Shown in pieces: positions 42,800 through 52,267 of a DNA stretch of 64,000 nucleotides. The stretch's first letter is position 1; each line of letters opens with the position of its first letter. The position numbers were made by a program, and so were the translations under genes. The stretch is taken from the IMG/VR virus record IMGVR_UViG_3300032236_000718, positions 100,429-164,428 of that record, one strand, 5' to 3'. This stretch comes from a virus. The notes beneath the pieces were generated by a model. It had not been told where the DNA came from and searched no databases. It was given only the letters and a program-made list of their open reading frames with translations.

Positions 42800-44505
42800 T
42801 AGTTTTTAAGAAGATCCGTTGGAAGAACTTTCTTTCAACAGGTAATGTCTTTAGTGAGATAGAATTTAATAAGAGTAACACGACATTAATCATCGGAGAG
42901 AATGGTGCAGGTAAATCTACCATTCTCGACGCGCTGTCGTTTGCTCTCTTTAGTAAACCATTTCGTAAAGTTAATAAGCCACAGCTAGTCAACTCTATCA
43001 CTAAGAAAGAAGCAGTCGTCGAGGTAGAGTTTGATATTCACCCTCATAGCTATAAGATCGTTCGTGGACTAAAGCCAGGAGTCTTTGAGGTCTATCAGAA
43101 TGATAACCTCATCAACCAGTCTGCAGAGATGAAGGACTATCAAGAGATCTTAGAGAAGCATATTCTCAAAATCAACCATAAGTCATTCTGCCAAGTAGTT
43201 GTTCTTGGGTCTGCAACATTCCAACCGTTCATGCAGTTGCCTGGTGGACAACGCCGAGAGATCATTGAGGATCTATTAGATCTTCAGATCTTTACGACTA
43301 TGAATACACTTCTTAAGGATAAGATAACAACTAACAAGGATGCTATAGTCGAGGCTAATAGTCAGAAGAGACTTATCAACGAGAAGATGAGTCTTATCAG
43401 TGAGCATCTTAGGCAGATACAAAACAGCAATGACGCCATCATTAAAGATAAGATGGATCGTATTGCTACTACAAATGATAGTATTCAATCTCTTGATAAA
43501 GAGTATTGGTCTATAACTGCTGACATCAAGACTCTTCAGGACAGTATAGCCGATGAGCCATCTGTGTCTAAGAAGATAAATCAGCTATCGACACTAAAGC
43601 AGCGTATTGAGGCTAACTTAGATATCCTTAACAAGGATGTTAAGTTCTTCCACGAGTATGATAACTGCCCTACGTGTACTCAGCAGATCAACTCGGTCTT
43701 TAAGGCTGAGGCTATCGATACTAAGCAGGCAAAGATTGGTGATATCAAAGAAGGACTCGTGCAGTTATCATTAGAGTATGATAAAGTTAGTACGAGAATA
43801 TCAGAGGTGTCCGAGGTGCATGCTAGTATTAGCGATAAGAATTTAGAGTGTCATCGCATCAAGACAAAGATGGAGTCACTAGCTGCTTATCGTAAAGAGC
43901 TTCAGACAGAGATTGAGTCTATTGAGAAGACTAATGAGGAGATCGATGATAGTAAGCTTATTGAGTTACAAGCATCATTAACGTCTGTTATCAATGACTT
44001 GAAGGATAAAGAGGAAGAGAAGATCACACTTAATGCTGCGGCTTCCCTGCTTAAGGATGGTGGTATTAAGTCACGTATCATCAAGCAGTATATTCCTGTT
44101 ATCAATAAGCTTATTAACAAGTATCTAGCTGCTCTTGAGTTTGTCGTTCAGTTTGAACTCGATGAGGAGTTTAATGAGACTATTAAGTCAAGATTCCGTG
44201 ATGAGTTTAGCTATGCCTCATTCTCTGAGGGTGAGAAGATGAGGATTAACCTAGCTATCCTATTCACCTGGAGAGCTGTAGCTAAGCTTCGCAACTCTAT
44301 CAACACGAATATCCTAATCATGGATGAAGTCTTTGACAGCTCGCTTGACTCTACAGGCATTGAGGAGTTTATGAAGATATTAAATCAACTGACTGTCGAC
44401 ACTAATACTTTTATCATTAGTCATAAGTCAGACCAGATCGGTGATAAGTTTGAGAATGTAATTAAGTTTGAGAAGAACCAGAACTTTAGTAGGATTGCAA
44501 AATGA
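42796..44505 (+). CDS. gp46: recombination ATPase gp46 (Rad50-like)
   Basis: GENGAGKST; CPTC zinc hook; FSEGEK; MDEVFDSSLD; ISH. Confidence 0.95.
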   Translation: MIVFKKIRWKNFLSTGNVFSEIEFNKSNTTLIIGENGAGKSTILDALSFALFSKPFRKVNKPQLVNSITKKEAVVEVEFDIHPHSYKIVRGLKPGVFEVYQNDNLINQSAEMKDYQEILEKHILKINHKSFCQVVVLGSATFQPFMQLPGGQRREIIEDLLDLQIFTTMNTLLKDKITTNKDAIVEANSQKRLINEKMSLISEHLRQIQNSNDAIIKDKMDRIATTNDSIQSLDKEYWSITADIKTLQDSIADEPSVSKKINQLSTLKQRIEANLDILNKDVKFFHEYDNCPTCTQQINSVFKAEAIDTKQAKIGDIKEGLVQLSLEYDKVSTRISEVSEVHASISDKNLECHRIKTKMESLAAYRKELQTEIESIEKTNEEIDDSKLIELQASLTSVINDLKDKEEEKITLNAAASLLKDGGIKSRIIKQYIPVINKLINKYLAALEFVVQFELDEEFNETIKSRFRDEFSYASFSEGEKMRINLAILFTWRAVAKLRNSINTNILIMDEVFDSSLDSTGIEEFMKILNQLTVDTNTFIISHKSDQIGDKFENVIKFEKNQNFSRIAK

Positions 44506-44684
44506 AGAAGACATGGTTTACAGACGTGAAGGAAGATGAGAATGGTGAGTTGTTTATTGAGTTGCCAGAAGATCTCTTAAAGGAGATGGGATGGGGAGAT
44601 AACACTGCTTTGTGGTGGGAAGTCGACCAGATTAAGAATACAGTTACACTAAGCGCAAAGGATCCTGAAGATGAAATTGGTTGA
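44502..44684 (+). CDS. AbrB/MazE-like small DNA-binding protein
   Basis: GELFIELPEDLLKEMGWGDN pattern. Confidence 0.6.
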   Translation: MKKTWFTDVKEDENGELFIELPEDLLKEMGWGDNTALWWEVDQIKNTVTLSAKDPEDEIG

Positions 44685-45144
44685 GGAGAATGATCCTATT
44701 CTTACTAAGGTATGTGAGAAGTTTGACTTTACAGAACCACCGGTGGATCCAATAGAACTTGCACAAGATCTTGTTAGGCTCTTGCACGAGCGTAATGGAA
44801 TAGGAGTCTCGGCTAATCAGGTAGGGCTTCCATATCGTGTGTTTGCACTACGCGGTTCTCCTGAAAACTTCGTATGCTTTAATCCTAGGATAGTGGATGT
44901 TTCTTCTGAGACGAATCTCTTAGAGGAGGGGTGTCTGACATATCCTGGTCTCTTTGTAAAGATAAAGAGACCGAGACACATCAAGGTCAGGTTCCAAACT
45001 CCTAATGGTGACACTAGGACCGAGACATTTGTGGGCATGTCTGCTAGGGCATTCCAGCACGAGATGGACCATCTGGATGGTATTATCTTCTATAACCGGG
45101 CAAATAAGTATCACCGGGATTTAGCCTTCAAGCGCCGAAAATAA
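44671..45144 (+). CDS. def: peptide deformylase
   Basis: GIGVSANQVG, EGCLT, QHEMDHLDG. Confidence 0.93.
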   Translation: MKLVEENDPILTKVCEKFDFTEPPVDPIELAQDLVRLLHERNGIGVSANQVGLPYRVFALRGSPENFVCFNPRIVDVSSETNLLEEGCLTYPGLFVKIKRPRHIKVRFQTPNGDTRTETFVGMSARAFQHEMDHLDGIIFYNRANKYHRDLAFKRRK

Positions 45145-45147
45145 CTG

Positions 45148-45176
45148 TGTACAAATACTGGATCATGTGATACCAT
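45148..45176 (+). promoter_or_regulatory. pre-replicative promoter TGTACA-N17-TACCAT
   Basis: Motif family member, intergenic. Confidence 0.6.
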
Positions 45177-45201
45177 AATAATGGAGCAATAGGAGGCGAC
45201 C

Positions 45202-45753
45202 ATTAATATCTTTTATGTGGACCATGATCCAGTCAAGGCAGCCCAGAGTCTGGTAGACAAACATGTCGTCAAGATGATACTGGAGTCTGCCCAGTTGTTA
45301 TCAACAGCCCACCGTGTACTCGATGGTGAGATGAAAATCGTTGACAAGTACGTTGACGGCTCTTTCCCACCGCGCTATCGTAAGACAAAGCAGTGGGCAC
45401 TACCTGACAACCGTGAGGCTATCATGTATAAGTCTACACATGTCAACCATCCATCTGCGATCTGGTGCCGTGAGTCTGTTGAGAACTACACGTGGTTGTC
45501 TGACCATTTATTTGGTCTACTAGATGAGTACACCTACCGGTATGGCAAGAAGCATAAGTGCTCAGAGATGGCCATAGACCTGCAATCACCTCCTTTTAAT
45601 CTAAAAGCCTGGGACTGGACACCTATGCCGTCAGCTATGGCTGACGAATATAAAATTAGCAATGACCCATGTACAAATTATAGAAACTATTATAAGATGG
45701 GAAAGTCAAGCTTACATAAGTGGACTAAGAGGGATAAACCCGAATGGCTATGA
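45202..45753 (+). CDS. pyrimidine-dimer DNA glycosylase-like protein (DenV-related family), ATT start
   Basis: (M)NIFYVD...DKHVVKMILESAQLLSTAH; HVNHPSAIW; YRNYY; AGGAGG SD precedes ATT 45202. Confidence 0.75.
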   Translation: MNIFYVDHDPVKAAQSLVDKHVVKMILESAQLLSTAHRVLDGEMKIVDKYVDGSFPPRYRKTKQWALPDNREAIMYKSTHVNHPSAIWCRESVENYTWLSDHLFGLLDEYTYRYGKKHKCSEMAIDLQSPPFNLKAWDWTPMPSAMADEYKISNDPCTNYRNYYKMGKSSLHKWTKRDKPEWL

Positions 45754-45950
45754 CCCGAGAGGAAGAACTACACGCTAGGTCTAGGGAGTTATCACAACCT
45801 ATACACCAGCAGATTATGATGTGTGATAACGAACAAGATGTGGTGTTACTAGCTTCTGCAATGCTTAGTTTCTCGATCCATATACTGGATCAACACTATG
45901 GATTTGAAGCTAGAAATGCTTTATTACAATCAATGATGAAAGTGGGGTAA
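45750..45950 (+). CDS. hypothetical protein
   Basis: ~66 aa, ATGA overlap. Confidence 0.55.
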   Translation: MTREEELHARSRELSQPIHQQIMMCDNEQDVVLLASAMLSFSIHILDQHYGFEARNALLQSMMKVG

Positions 45951-45952
45951 GA

Positions 45953-46351
45953 ATGTCTAAAGATTGGGTTGCAGATATATTTCGAATGCATAAGCACTAT
46001 GGTGTGCACAAAGTAGTTGACGCTCTGGATAATGAAATGCTTCATAAGTTTCTAGAGTTCCGCTATAGCTTCCTCGATGAGGAGATGAAGGAACTTCGCT
46101 CAGCAGAGAATGCTGATGATGCAGTTGATGCCTTGATCGATCTCTGTGTTGTTGCTATTGGGACACTAGATGCTATGAATGTGGATGCTCACGCAGCATG
46201 GGATGCAGTTCACCAGGCAAACATGAATAAAAAAGTCGGCATCAAGGAGTCGCGTCCTAATCCATTAGGTCTGCCGGATCTTATTAAGCCTGAGGGTTGG
46301 GTTGCACCTTCGCATGAGAACAATCTAGGGTACTTTAAAAAGGTCTACTAA
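45953..46351 (+). CDS. MazG-like/all-alpha NTP pyrophosphohydrolase
   Basis: EEMKEL...DALIDLCVVAIG...VHQANMNK...KPEGW. Confidence 0.8.
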   Translation: MSKDWVADIFRMHKHYGVHKVVDALDNEMLHKFLEFRYSFLDEEMKELRSAENADDAVDALIDLCVVAIGTLDAMNVDAHAAWDAVHQANMNKKVGIKESRPNPLGLPDLIKPEGWVAPSHENNLGYFKKVY

Positions 46352-46352
46352 G

Positions 46353-46925
46353 ATGACTATTAATGACTTTGCTAAAGAGATTCCATTGGGTAAATGGATC
46401 TATCTAGAAAAGACTGAAGAAACTGAGAACTTTATTAAAAAGAAAACTGATGATATTTTTAATAATCCAGTAACACGTCATGGAAGAGAATACGAAGAAG
46501 TCTATAATTCTACTAAAAAAATGCTGATTGAGTATGCTTTAGCAAAGTATGATGCAAACTTTATCTTAAACACTAAAGAGCATAATAAGTTTGATCCAGA
46601 CACGTATGCATATGATCTTACTCATGCTCCTAGCGGAATAACTATTGAGATAAAAAGATTTGGAGAGTCTGATAATTTTAAATGGTTTTCTTATCCTAAG
46701 AAAGCTTTAAATACTTTCTTAAAAAATCTTGATATAATAGATGTCCTTATTTGTGGAAAACTTAAGGAAAATAAAGCTAACAACAGCTATGAAGTAAAGT
46801 TTATGTTGGTAGCAGATGCTAAGTCTTTTAAAAAATATATGAAAACATCTGTGTACAAAAGTGAAGATATAATTTATAGTCACTATAACGCCGCCAAAAA
46901 TGGCGACTGTGTATTCAACATCTAG
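46353..46925 (+). CDS. hypothetical protein, possible PD-(D/E)XK nuclease
   Basis: AT/Lys-rich; E...YDL...IEIKR pattern. Confidence 0.45.
   Translation: MTINDFAKEIPLGKWIYLEKTEETENFIKKKTDDIFNNPVTRHGREYEEVYNSTKKMLIEYALAKYDANFILNTKEHNKFDPDTYAYDLTHAPSGITIEIKRFGESDNFKWFSYPKKALNTFLKNLDIIDVLICGKLKENKANNSYEVKFMLVADAKSFKKYMKTSVYKSEDIIYSHYNAAKNGDCVFNI
46852..46880 (+). promoter_or_regulatory. pre-replicative promoter TGTACA-N17-TATAGT
   Basis: Motif family member upstream of ORF 46934. Confidence 0.65.
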
Positions 46926-46933
46926 GAGTCAAC

Positions 46934-47278
46934 ATGTCAGACAATGAATCAGTTATTATCCTTCAAGAATGTATCGCTCTTCAACAAGCCAAGTCACAAG
47001 ACTATCAAAACCCTAACTCTAATGTGGTTCAGGCCATGCACTATCGTCGTGGTGTAGACTCTATCCATGACATCATGCAAGGCAAGCTCTACCGTGCACA
47101 GTCTCTTCTCGAGTCTGGTCGTGCAGACTCTGCTAACTTTGAGTCTCTTGAGGATACCTATAAAGACCTCATCAACTATGCATCGTTTGCAGTAGCTTGG
47201 CTTCGTGGTGGTATTCCTGGCCAAGATCTTAATCGTGACATGTTCAATAACAAGGTAGTCACTGATGCACACTCGTAA
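46934..47278 (+). CDS. nucleotide-modification-associated domain protein (Nmad1/DUF1599-like)
   Basis: AKSQDY...K..R...ESLEDTYKDLINYA. Confidence 0.65.
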   Translation: MSDNESVIILQECIALQQAKSQDYQNPNSNVVQAMHYRRGVDSIHDIMQGKLYRAQSLLESGRADSANFESLEDTYKDLINYASFAVAWLRGGIPGQDLNRDMFNNKVVTDAHS

Positions 47279-47921
47279 CTATGTAGGTGATATACGCAGG
47301 TCTTTTTGGTCATTAAAAAAACACGAGATGTTTGTAACAGATAAGACTGGCGTCAAGATGCTTGAGATCGTCAATGCGTCATTCATTGCTGACGAGCCCA
47401 GTATATTTGGCAAAGTCAACTATGATTATGTGATGCGTGAGTTGCAATGGTACGAGTCGCAGTCGTTGAATGTCAATGATATTCCTGGTGGTACTCCTGC
47501 TATCTGGCAACAAGTATCTGATCCAGATGGTTGGATTAACTCTAACTATGGTTGGTGTATCTTTTCACCAGATAATGGTGAGCAGTATCACAATGTCCTT
47601 GACGAGCTTAAGCGTAACCCTGACTCTCGTCGCGCTACAATGATCTATACAAGACCAAGCATGTGGTCTGACTATAACAAGAATGGCATGTCTGACTTTA
47701 TGTGTACTAACACAGTGCAGTATCTTATACGTAACGACAAGCTACATAGTGTTGTACAAATGCGTTCAAATGATGTAGTATATGGATACAAGAATGATTA
47801 TGCTTGGCAGCAGACCGTACTAGGAAAGCTGTCTACTGACTTAGGTATTGAGATCGGTGACATTCACTGGAATGTAGGGTCTCTTCACGTATATGAGCGA
47901 CACTTTGACCTCGTTCTCTGA
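47265..47921 (+). CDS. gp42: dCMP hydroxymethylase (T4 gp42-like thymidylate synthase homologue)
   Basis: DKTGVK; INSNYGW; DSRRATMIYTRPSM; MSDFMCTNTVQYLIR; MRSNDVVYGYKNDYAWQ with the Asp specificity residue; WNVGSLHVY. Confidence 0.88.
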   Translation: MHTRNYVGDIRRSFWSLKKHEMFVTDKTGVKMLEIVNASFIADEPSIFGKVNYDYVMRELQWYESQSLNVNDIPGGTPAIWQQVSDPDGWINSNYGWCIFSPDNGEQYHNVLDELKRNPDSRRATMIYTRPSMWSDYNKNGMSDFMCTNTVQYLIRNDKLHSVVQMRSNDVVYGYKNDYAWQQTVLGKLSTDLGIEIGDIHWNVGSLHVYERHFDLVL

Positions 47922-48378
47922 GAGTTGGATGAAGAAGTACTTGGACCTAGCCGGTCATATTGCCGGCTGGTCTAAGGATCCGAGCACTAAAGTTGGTGCT
48001 GTGGCTGTCGGCCGTGACGGTCAGATCCTGTCACAGGGTTACAATGGTTTCCCGCGTGGTATCAAGGACTCATATGAACGCCTTATTAATCGTGAGGAAA
48101 AGTATAAGTTTGTTGTTCATGCTGAGATGAACTGCATCTACAATGCAACACTAAATGGTATAAGTCTTCGTGATGCAGACCTATATGTGTATGGTCTACC
48201 GGTCTGTTCTGAGTGTGCTAAGGGAGTTGTGCAAGTTGGAATTAAACGTGTCTTCATGTGTTACCCGGCAGAGATTGGAGAGAAGTGGAATGATTCGTTC
48301 AAAGTCACATCAGCCATCTTCCAAGAAGCTGGAGTGTCCGCGCGTGCTGATAGTGGGGATAAATCCCTCTTCGTCTAA
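47893..48378 (+). CDS. cd: dCMP deaminase
   Basis: SKDPSTKVGA; GYNGFPRG; HAEMN; PVCSECAK. Confidence 0.92.
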   Translation: MSDTLTSFSESWMKKYLDLAGHIAGWSKDPSTKVGAVAVGRDGQILSQGYNGFPRGIKDSYERLINREEKYKFVVHAEMNCIYNATLNGISLRDADLYVYGLPVCSECAKGVVQVGIKRVFMCYPAEIGEKWNDSFKVTSAIFQEAGVSARADSGDKSLFV

Positions 48379-48700
48379 GAAAGCAGATCCTACAATAACA
48401 TTAAAGAGACTATATCAATGGACTGACAGCCTCGGGCTGCAGTTCTTTTCTTTTGTGAACTGCATTAATAAGCCAGGCGCGTACTCATTCAAAGATGTTG
48501 ACTTTGACTTCCTGTCGACGTGTGCTCAAGGATATGACAAGGTAATATCTCTTGGTAACTTTCCTTCTCGCGCACTAAATAAGCTCGGTATAGAACACTT
48601 TGTCATGCCTCATCCATCAGGACTAAATAGAAAGCTTAATGACAAACACTATGAGCTCTCTATGTTAGAGCATTTGAAGGAATACCTTAATGAGCATTGA
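48344..48700 (+). CDS. minimal uracil-DNA-glycosylase-superfamily protein
   Basis: LIVGINPS and MPHPSGLN motifs; GTG 48344 with GGAG SD preferred to 48170. Confidence 0.6.
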   Translation: MLIVGINPSSSKKADPTITLKRLYQWTDSLGLQFFSFVNCINKPGAYSFKDVDFDFLSTCAQGYDKVISLGNFPSRALNKLGIEHFVMPHPSGLNRKLNDKHYELSMLEHLKEYLNEH

Positions 48701-49874
48701 GACGACTCAATACTATGACGAGTTCATCCGCTACTTCCACTTAGCAGCTGAGCAGCAAGAGAAGTGCAACACATCAACTAAACCACCATACGGTATGATA
48801 GATCATGCAGTCTCTGATATGGGTGACGACTTACTACACTATGTGACACTATATGACGTCGTTGAGCGTAAGTTAGCCGGCTTCTCACAGATAATGAATG
48901 ACTGCTTCTATGGATGGACTGAAGAGCACCCATACTGGAAGAAGATGGAAGCCGGCATGGTAACCGCACAGCGTGATGCTGTGGCGAAGGCGTGGACAGG
49001 CAAGCACTCTGACTTCTCTCTGCCTGAATGGCTTTATATCTTTATCTTACACCGTGTTACTGGTTCTGCTATTAACTACGCTACTCAGCCATCTGGCTAT
49101 CACAATACGATTCTTCCTGTGTTATGTAATGCCAAGAGCATCGAGGACATGGTAAAGATGCTAAACAACTATGACCGCTCTTTCTATACATCAGTAGGTT
49201 ATCAGTTTCCTGCATTCCCTAAGCCGCCTGCTGGCTCCAAGTACAAGCGTGGCGGCGACTACTTCTTGTCTGAGTACGCACCGCGACTCGCTCGTGAGTT
49301 AGCTGAGTGGCTACAGCGATCAAATGCTAAGAAAGATCTTCGCGAGATTGGCGAGTTTATGTTTGATTGGAATCGTCGCAATGGTTTACGTGTCTATCAG
49401 TTCCAATATGCTGCAGTTCTTGCTGACATTGCTGATTGGTACCCGCAATACGTTAATCTAGACTCGATGTTTTATTATGGCACAAATGCTGTAGAGTGCA
49501 TAAACTATCTAGCTGTTCCAACTAAGAAGATGAACCAGATGGAATTCCTAGATAAGGTAATGGAGAAGATATATGAAGACACCAATTCCGTTCCGTATAA
49601 CGCGGAAGACGTCTGCTGCGACTTCATCAGATGGGTCGAAAACTACGTCCGCCCCGGCGCGCACTACGACCATCTGGACTTCGACGGAGTCTGGTCATCG
49701 TGTAGGATTAAGGATCACCCGTACGGAAGACAAAAGGCTATGCTCGACCTTAATCTCGTCAGCACCTTTAACGGAATGACTGCACACCCATCTGATGACT
49801 ATATAATCAAGAAAGCAGGTCTATCTGTTGAGCAGTATAAAGAGATGGTGAAGGGATTAAACTATGTCTCATGA
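48690..49874 (+). CDS. putative amino acid:DNA transferase (aGPT-Pplase-like helical glycosylase fold)
   Basis: FQY..V.ADI...YGTNA..C...NAEDVCCDFIRW resembles the GPGA/E..LCE motifs of this family; neighbourhood. Confidence 0.6.
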   Translation: MSIETTQYYDEFIRYFHLAAEQQEKCNTSTKPPYGMIDHAVSDMGDDLLHYVTLYDVVERKLAGFSQIMNDCFYGWTEEHPYWKKMEAGMVTAQRDAVAKAWTGKHSDFSLPEWLYIFILHRVTGSAINYATQPSGYHNTILPVLCNAKSIEDMVKMLNNYDRSFYTSVGYQFPAFPKPPAGSKYKRGGDYFLSEYAPRLARELAEWLQRSNAKKDLREIGEFMFDWNRRNGLRVYQFQYAAVLADIADWYPQYVNLDSMFYYGTNAVECINYLAVPTKKMNQMEFLDKVMEKIYEDTNSVPYNAEDVCCDFIRWVENYVRPGAHYDHLDFDGVWSSCRIKDHPYGRQKAMLDLNLVSTFNGMTAHPSDDYIIKKAGLSVEQYKEMVKGLNYVS

Positions 49875-50751
49875 TACACACGTCATCGATGGTATTAATA
49901 AAGATGCTAGACTCTATCCTGGTTGCACTATTGAGGAAGCTAGAGACTATTACCTATCTCTAGCAGAGGGATGGACACCTTACAATCCTGATCCTGTAGT
50001 CGTCGTTCATGATGGTGTTCGTGTAGTGCGTGATGACATGATCGTAGGCACTAAGACACGTGCTGGAGATCTTCTTATGTCAAAGACAAACTATGACACA
50101 ATAGTATACTCACAACCACGTACAGGTCTTGCTGGAGTTTCTATCTTAGATGCTGCTCGTCGTCATAGCAAGAAGGTTGTCTTGTTTATGCCAGCAGCCA
50201 AGCAAATATCTCTTCATCAAGCATGCTGCATCGAGCAGGGTGCTATACCTATATTTAAGCGTATCGCTGCTATGCCTAATCTAAATAAGTATGCAAAAGA
50301 ATGGGCTGATGAAAATAATGCTTTCTTTGTTCCACTAGGTCTTAGACACGAGTTGGCTACAGCTGGTATTGTTCACGCTGCTTCTACTATTGAGCCACCT
50401 GATCGCGTGTATGTTGCAACATCAACCGGGGTACTATCGCGAGCACTTCAGATTGCATGGCCAAAAGCCAAGTTTACTTCTATCGCTGTCGCCCGCAATC
50501 TCAAAGAAGGTGAGCTAGGAAGAGCACAGGTGATATCTGAGCCATTAGACTTTAATGCTCCAGAGAAGCCAGAGAATATGCCACCATTTCCTGCTATCTC
50601 TACGTATGATGCAAAAGTCTGGAAGTATATTCCTAAGAATACGGGTGAGAATATTTTAATGTGGAATGTTGGACCAGATCCTGTTTTACAAAATCCGTGT
50701 ATATATAATACAGTTGACTCATATCGTGATTGGGATAAAAATATACAATGA
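49864..50751 (+). CDS. PLP-dependent enzyme, fold type II
   Basis: VRDDMIVGTKTR (PLP lysine); FVPLG; VATSTGVL; YDAKVW; MWNVG. Confidence 0.78.
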   Translation: MSHDTHVIDGINKDARLYPGCTIEEARDYYLSLAEGWTPYNPDPVVVVHDGVRVVRDDMIVGTKTRAGDLLMSKTNYDTIVYSQPRTGLAGVSILDAARRHSKKVVLFMPAAKQISLHQACCIEQGAIPIFKRIAAMPNLNKYAKEWADENNAFFVPLGLRHELATAGIVHAASTIEPPDRVYVATSTGVLSRALQIAWPKAKFTSIAVARNLKEGELGRAQVISEPLDFNAPEKPENMPPFPAISTYDAKVWKYIPKNTGENILMWNVGPDPVLQNPCIYNTVDSYRDWDKNIQ

Positions 50752-51788
50752 GAGCTCTTCTAGCTTCGCCTTTTGCGACTATATCAAATAATCCAGCATC
50801 ACACCGTGCTGCTCAAGCTGTGATCTATGCAGACCAGATTAAACAGTCTGGTGTCGATATCACAGTTAATATGGCAGGAGACAATTATTATGAAGACTTT
50901 AATAAGTTTGACGTCCTCTACGTTTATCATGGCAATGATTGGGGTGGCACTCTTAACCTTTTCGGGGGGCTCTCTGATACTCCTGTTGTCGATAATCTTA
51001 TTAATCTCTCAAAGTTCAAAGGTACAGTCTTCTCGCTAGTCATTCCATTCCCTGACTACTATCAAATGGTAGCAAAGCGCATGGAGGGAAACGGTAATAT
51101 TGATCCCAAGTGGAATCAAGTCAATTGGGATAATATCAAGCGCATGGTCAATGCACCAGTGATTGATCCTAATAAGCTATCAATCTATCGTAAAGCTGCT
51201 ATCGGTGATAGTCATGCAATCTGCATGTATCGTCCAGGATGGATGATAAACTCAGTTCCATTCAAGACACTACATGGAGCACTAAAGCAGGGACTTAAGT
51301 CATTCTTACCAATACCAAATGTTGAGTATGATGAGTTGGAATTCTATTTCGGAAACATCGATATTCGCCACCATCTCATGAGACAGACAGACCCTGATCC
51401 TGCTACTGCGACTATAAATCTGGTTCGTAGATATTTTGATCAGGCAAAAGAATTTAACACTAATGTAAAGATCTACGAGCCTCTTCCTATTGAGGATGTA
51501 TCTCGTAAGCTTCCAAAGACTGGATACTATAAGGGAACTCCTTACTATGGCACGTGGGAAGAAAGGACTGCTATACGTAAGATCTTTATAACAGAGTGTG
51601 AGAAACAAGAGACAGATAAAGTAAAACTATATAGATGGAATCGCCATATGATTAACAGTAAGGGAGAACTAGACTTTAAGTTTATGGAGAAGCCTAAGTC
51701 TGTTCACTTGTCACGTGAACACTATCCACACTGGCAAGGCTTAGAGTATAACAATATAGTAGTGAATGGATTGAGTGAGTTTATATGA
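50748..51788 (+). CDS. SGNH/GDSL-like hydrolase or acyltransferase
   Basis: IGDSH (block I), FGNIDIR (block III), SVHL (block V). Confidence 0.6.
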   Translation: MRALLASPFATISNNPASHRAAQAVIYADQIKQSGVDITVNMAGDNYYEDFNKFDVLYVYHGNDWGGTLNLFGGLSDTPVVDNLINLSKFKGTVFSLVIPFPDYYQMVAKRMEGNGNIDPKWNQVNWDNIKRMVNAPVIDPNKLSIYRKAAIGDSHAICMYRPGWMINSVPFKTLHGALKQGLKSFLPIPNVEYDELEFYFGNIDIRHHLMRQTDPDPATATINLVRRYFDQAKEFNTNVKIYEPLPIEDVSRKLPKTGYYKGTPYYGTWEERTAIRKIFITECEKQETDKVKLYRWNRHMINSKGELDFKFMEKPKSVHLSREHYPHWQGLEYNNIVVNGLSEFI

Positions 51789-51799
51789 TGGAGAATAAT

Positions 51800-52267
51800 A
51801 TGGATTATTTTAATGATGCTGCTGTAGGTGCTATCGGTGCAGTAGGATCTAATAGTGTTAATGTACTAGGAACACCCGGATTTGGTCTTGGTGCAAATGG
51901 ACCAGCAATGTATTCTACTGGACCTAAAGAAGGATATGTTGAGACAGATATTGACATGACTTTTAATATAACAAAAGTAGAGGTATCTAAAACTATTGAG
52001 TATAAGTACAATGAAAGTGTGTACATAACTGAGATTTTAGAGTATATTAATAATACATATGGCGAGCATTACTCGCAGAACAAGTTTCAAGCCACAGAGT
52101 TTATTATTGACTCTGGCCATGGTACTGGCTTCTGTATGGGCAACGTCATGAAGTATGCCCAACGTTATGGCAAGAAGGGTTCTCCAGCCGACTGGAGAAA
52201 AGATCTAATGAAAGTGATTCACTATGCTATTATGCAATTGCATGTACATGACAAGGAGACTAAATAA
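51800..52267 (+). CDS. DUF3310-like protein
   Basis: TYGEHYS...GFCMGNVMKYAQRYGKKG...DLMKVIHYA. Confidence 0.75.
   Translation: MDYFNDAAVGAIGAVGSNSVNVLGTPGFGLGANGPAMYSTGPKEGYVETDIDMTFNITKVEVSKTIEYKYNESVYITEILEYINNTYGEHYSQNKFQATEFIIDSGHGTGFCMGNVMKYAQRYGKKGSPADWRKDLMKVIHYAIMQLHVHDKETK
52020..52048 (+). promoter_or_regulatory. pre-replicative promoter TGTACA-N17-TATATT
   Basis: Motif family member, intragenic, upstream of 52267 and gp45. Confidence 0.6.

Noticed and set aside
45181-45192. In-frame TAG suggesting stop-codon reassignment
   Set aside because: TAG ends genes normally (39278, 46925, 62907), core genes are uninterrupted, and no CUA suppressor tRNA is seen.
47265-47921. Ordinary thymidylate synthase or dUMP hydroxymethylase
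   Set aside because: Motifs follow T4 gp42 and the specificity residue is Asp rather than Asn.
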